From Podarcis melisellensis (lineage: Eukaryota), in NCBI GenBank assembly GCA_964234715.1, contig OZ174275.1: a DNA stretch of 64,000 bases. The stretch is one strand, 5' to 3'. The notes beneath the pieces were generated by a model. That model made no database searches. It had not been told where the DNA came from and saw nothing but the letters and a program-made list of their open reading frames with translations. Numbering within the stretch: position 1 is the stretch's first letter; the number at the start of each line of letters is the position of its first letter. This document shows positions 41,025 through 64,000 of this stretch, piece after piece. Position numbers and translations under genes: made by a program.

Positions 41025-42868
41025 GTTTAGAGAACACTGTGCAGCTAAAGCAATCAACTGAGTGTATTCCTATTCACAAGGCAGTGAAGCTTGGGGGAAT
41101 TTTAGTCAGAACTCCCCTATCTCAACCTGTTCTTGTGGCTATTTGGAAAATCAGTGGATTCAGCAAATAGTGATGTCTCCAAGCTATTTAGGAAGGGGGG
41201 AAAGCTCTCTTGATGCCTCGCTATGATCAAGCAGAATGGCCAGCCTTTATTTATTTATTTAGCAGAGCCAAACCTGAATGTATTTTCATGCCCATTCCCA
41301 AAGATCCTTGACAATATGCTTTGCATGTTGAACTTTAAAGGCCAGAGCTCCCTCACCCTATGGCCACATTCTGGAAAAGGACTTGTCCATATGGTTTTCA
41401 TTCAAATCTTGCAGGTCAGGAGAGTGCAGAGCCCAACTTGTCTCAGGTGGTCGTCTTATTGTACAGCATTTGTGTGGTGCTGCGGCCTGGAGGAAATTCC
41501 TGTTTTCCAGGTGTGCAAAACAGCTAGTTAAGGCACACCAATGGGGTCCTGCTGGCTGAATCCAATGCTGTGTAGTTCTTGTCTGTGAATGTGACTGAGG
41601 GTGTTGAAAAAGGAATGAGATTTTTTGTGGTTCCATCTTTCCAGCCAGCCACCTCTGCTTTATATTTTGGAACATTGTTTGTTTGTAATACCTTTGGACA
41701 CCTCTTACGATATTCTAAATTTTTGCCTGATGGTTTGAGATTTCAAGGACCAGTTTTCGTCTATGTTTGGATACAACTGGGCACTACTTTGAGTCAAAAT
41801 GGCAGACTGAACTTTTCAAAATTGCATTGATTTGAATCACAGATTTCAAAATTCACTGGTTCCCCTCTGCTCTTGTCTCTTAGAATTCCTGAGCTACACT
41901 AGATATGAGGCTGCTAGCAAACAAATAATTACCTTTCCTTTATTGGCAAGTAGTTCTGCGGGGGTAAAGTGAAGGAAGCAGTGTACAGGATAGCAAATCA
42001 TGTTAAGAGGAGCTGCAACCCTCAGCATACCTCTCTCCATTTCTTCTACAGCAAGGGTGGAAGATCCTATGGCCCTTCAGATTTTATTGGTCATGAGCTC
42101 CCATGAGACACGGGGATCATCCACACATCTGCTTGTCATGTGATTTCTAGGCAGGTCCATCTTTTAGCCCACCATTTTCCCTAGGAAAACCCCCTGCTTA
42201 CTGCTGAATCGGGGGGGGGGGTATCAGTCAGGTTTTCTGCAGAGTGACATTTGTTCCAATTCAGCTACAAATGTGGAGTTTCCTGGACAAAAGAAAAACA
42301 TTTTGGATCCTTGCCTATAAATCACAGGAAAAATGGAAATGTGTGTGAGCCCTCAAGTCAGCATGTCCGGTGACCAGAAATGGTGGGAGTTGGAGTCCAG
42401 CAACATCTGAAAGGCCACAGGCTCCCCATCCCTGTCCTAGAGGTTCAATGAAACAAAGTTAACAGATTTAAGAAGAGTAGTCATAGTGGAAGGCTAAGAA
42501 AACTCAGTGGAGTTACCTCTAAGTAAATATGCATAGGATTCAAGTATGACTTATACTGTGATACCTCCAGATGTTCGACTACAACTTCCATCATCCCTAG
42601 CCTCACTTGTTGAGCCTGGCAGTGTTGTGAAGTCCAGAAACATCTGGAAGGCCTCAGGTTCCCCACTGCTGTGGTAGCCTTTGCTGGGTGTAAACTGGCA
42701 CACATTTCATGGTCTGTGGCTAAATTCTACCAACCCTCTGGGCCAATAAACATTCTGGTCCCAGGAGCGGGGGGGGGGGGGAGGGATGCATTCTAAGACA
42801 ATCAAAGAATGGAAGAAAATGAAGACGCTAGTCAGGAGTGTATGGCTGAAGCACATTATCGGTCACAC

Positions 42869-42874
42869 TTTATT
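42869..42874 (-). terminator. Putative TNNT3 polyadenylation signal (AATAAA)
   Basis: GTAAATAAAGTGTG on the minus strand, about 310 nt after the stop codon. Confidence 0.7.
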
Positions 42875-43183
42875 TACAAAACCAAGTGATTCATACACTG
42901 CAATCTACTGGGCAGTCAGTGTAGGGCTGGGATTGGGAAAATAAAAGGACACACACAGCAGGTCGTAGGAGGTGTCAGCAGGGAGTCATCTCCGTTCCAG
43001 GGCACTGGCTCTGGAAGATGTGGGAGCCCTTGAAATAAGCAGTAGGCAATCCAGGCTGATGTTGCAACTATGGTTTTGCTCAGGCTGAGGGAACGGAATT
43101 TGTGTTTAAAGAGGAAAGGGGAGGCCAGCGATCTTTAGCCATGCCACCGCTGAAGATTCTGCCTGCAGGCACCTTCCAGAACT

Positions 43184-62185
<19,002 letters not shown>

Positions 62186-63823
62186 CTTTGTGAGGTGGGG
62201 CGTGCCATTAGAGAAAAAGGAAGACAAGACAAGTAATAAATACAGGGTGACTGCAACCTTTGACTCTTGCAAGTCAAGGTTGAAATAAGTAATTGATTAA
62301 AGGGGATTAAAGAGGAACACAAATTAATGACCTGTTTAAATTAAAAAAGGAGACAAACATGAATGGGAAAAGAAGGAAAAGAGGTGGAGAGACAGGCAAA
62401 TAAACATGGGGTCTCTTGTATAATATTAGACAGTGCAGTCCTGTACATGCTTACTCAGAAGTAAGCCCCATTGAGTTCAATTGAGCTTACTCCCAGGTAG
62501 GTAGGTAGGTAGGGATAGGATTGCAGTCTAAGTTGATTTACAAATGTGAATAGAAACCCTTGGAATCTATTTGTACTTTTCTTAAATACATAGGGATGAT
62601 AGCCAGCTAGTCATACTCAGAACAGACCGAATGAAATCAATGCACTTAAGCCATTGTTTTTAATGGGTCTGCTCTGAACATGGCTTAGTTGGATATCACC
62701 CTATAGTGATTTGCACATGTGGAATATGAAATCTGCACATATTGTCTTTATACATGGAATTGAGGATCACTTCACATGTTGCTTTTCTGAGCATGGATCG
62801 TATTTCTCCATTTCAGAAAAGTAGCATAGGAAGCAGCACTTCCTAAAAGCTATATATCCTTCTGATATGGACCATGGCTGTTGTGTCTGTGTGTCTGTGT
62901 GCATGTGTGAATCTAACCATAGTTATTGTTAGGTGTAAAAACAACACAACTATTTAATATTTATAAAAATGCCTATACTATACTAGCCATTGTACAGTTA
63001 TAAAAACCAAGCAGATCCCTGCCTGCAGGCTCACAATTTAATAAACATGACATGGTTTTCCAATTATTAAAAAAAAAACCACAAATGCACTATTCATAAC
63101 GCACTAGGATTCATGTCTGTTGTGAACTTCATCTGTAGAAGAGCAATTATTTTATTTTATTTTGCCAAGTGCTTCAGAAAACAGAAGCCCCCTTAAGAAT
63201 CAGATAAACTATACCGTTTTTTTAAGGATGTCAGCGATGAATTATTTGTGTCATCTGGACTGGACTTTACATAAGTTCTCACCTTTTTTAGAGAGAGGCA
63301 AGCGTGTGGAAGTGCTGGGCAAAGTTGCAGGAGAAGAGGACAAGATAGCCTGCCCCTTTGTACTTTGAAGGGGCTTCAGCAGCTCCTGTGATGATTCTCT
63401 CAGCCTCCCACCTCCCCACTTGCCCCCCCAATGACCTCAGACCTGCTTCTAGTTGTCTATGAAGGGTTCCACCAAAGTCCATCAGCTACTGGTGGACAGT
63501 GTGAGCAAACTTATATCCTACAGCTTATCCAGGGAATGAAAAGAAAGTAGACTAAAGAGGGCATTTTAATTTCCCCAGTCTTTTGGAACATGTGTAGGGA
63601 AAGGCAAAAGGTAGTCCTATAAAAATATGAAGGAAGGCTAGCAATTAGGGGAATGCTTGGATCATAGAGATGGGTACACTAACCAAATACTATATAAAGG
63701 TATTTCCCTGGGAATGTCTAAAGTGTTGTGCAGCTAGTAATCCTGTGCTTCACCGTGTTCTTAGCAGAGTCTCAGTTGGCTTATATCCACAAGAGCACCC
63801 CAGTCAATGGATAAACCCTAGAT

Positions 63824-63961
63824 CAGCCTTTCTCAACCTGTGGGTCCCCAGATGTTGTTGAACTACAACTCCCATCACTTTTAGGTAGCAAGGCCAGAGC
63901 TCAGGGATGATGGGAGTTGTAGTCCAACAACATCTGGGGACCCACAGGTTGAGAACCACTG
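63824..63961. mobile_element. Short palindromic hAT-type MITE; related copies or fragments near 8825, 13116, 18462, 23480, 42370, 42560, 50190, 54235, 54860 and 56470
   Basis: Hairpin ttctcaacctgtgggtccccagatgttgttgaactacaactcccatc / gatgggagttgtagtccaacaacatctggggacccacaggttgagaa; TSD ccctagat / cccttgat. Confidence 0.85.
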
Positions 63962-64000
63962 CCCTTGATCATGGGTAGGCAAACTAAGGCCTGGGGGCCG

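Overview
Vertebrate (squamate reptile, probably lacertid lizard, inferred from a Sauria SINE and typical squamate MITEs) genomic DNA from the conserved TNNT3-MRPL23 segment, which neighbours H19/IGF2 in mammals. Both genes are on the minus strand. MRPL23 is complete: 5 exons, 39299->28877, 153 aa, with a CpG-island promoter. TNNT3 (fast skeletal troponin T) is 5'-truncated by the window end: it includes N-terminal micro-exons, core exons, mutually exclusive exons 16/17 and the last exon (62185->43184). Positions 1-28000 have no recognisable coding exons. Most ORFs in the supplied track are spurious. Highlights: (i) a minimal hammerhead-ribozyme motif in a Penelope-like palindromic insert, nested with a 15-bp TSD in a CR1 LINE in MRPL23 intron 2; (ii) an expanded TNNT3 micro-exon set, with a tandemly duplicated VHEP exon, a Cys-containing fetal-position exon and two phase-compatible exon-9 candidates; (iii) splicing-regulatory features around exons 15-18. 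All calls were made by eye without database searches, and TNNT3 exon numbers follow mammalian convention.
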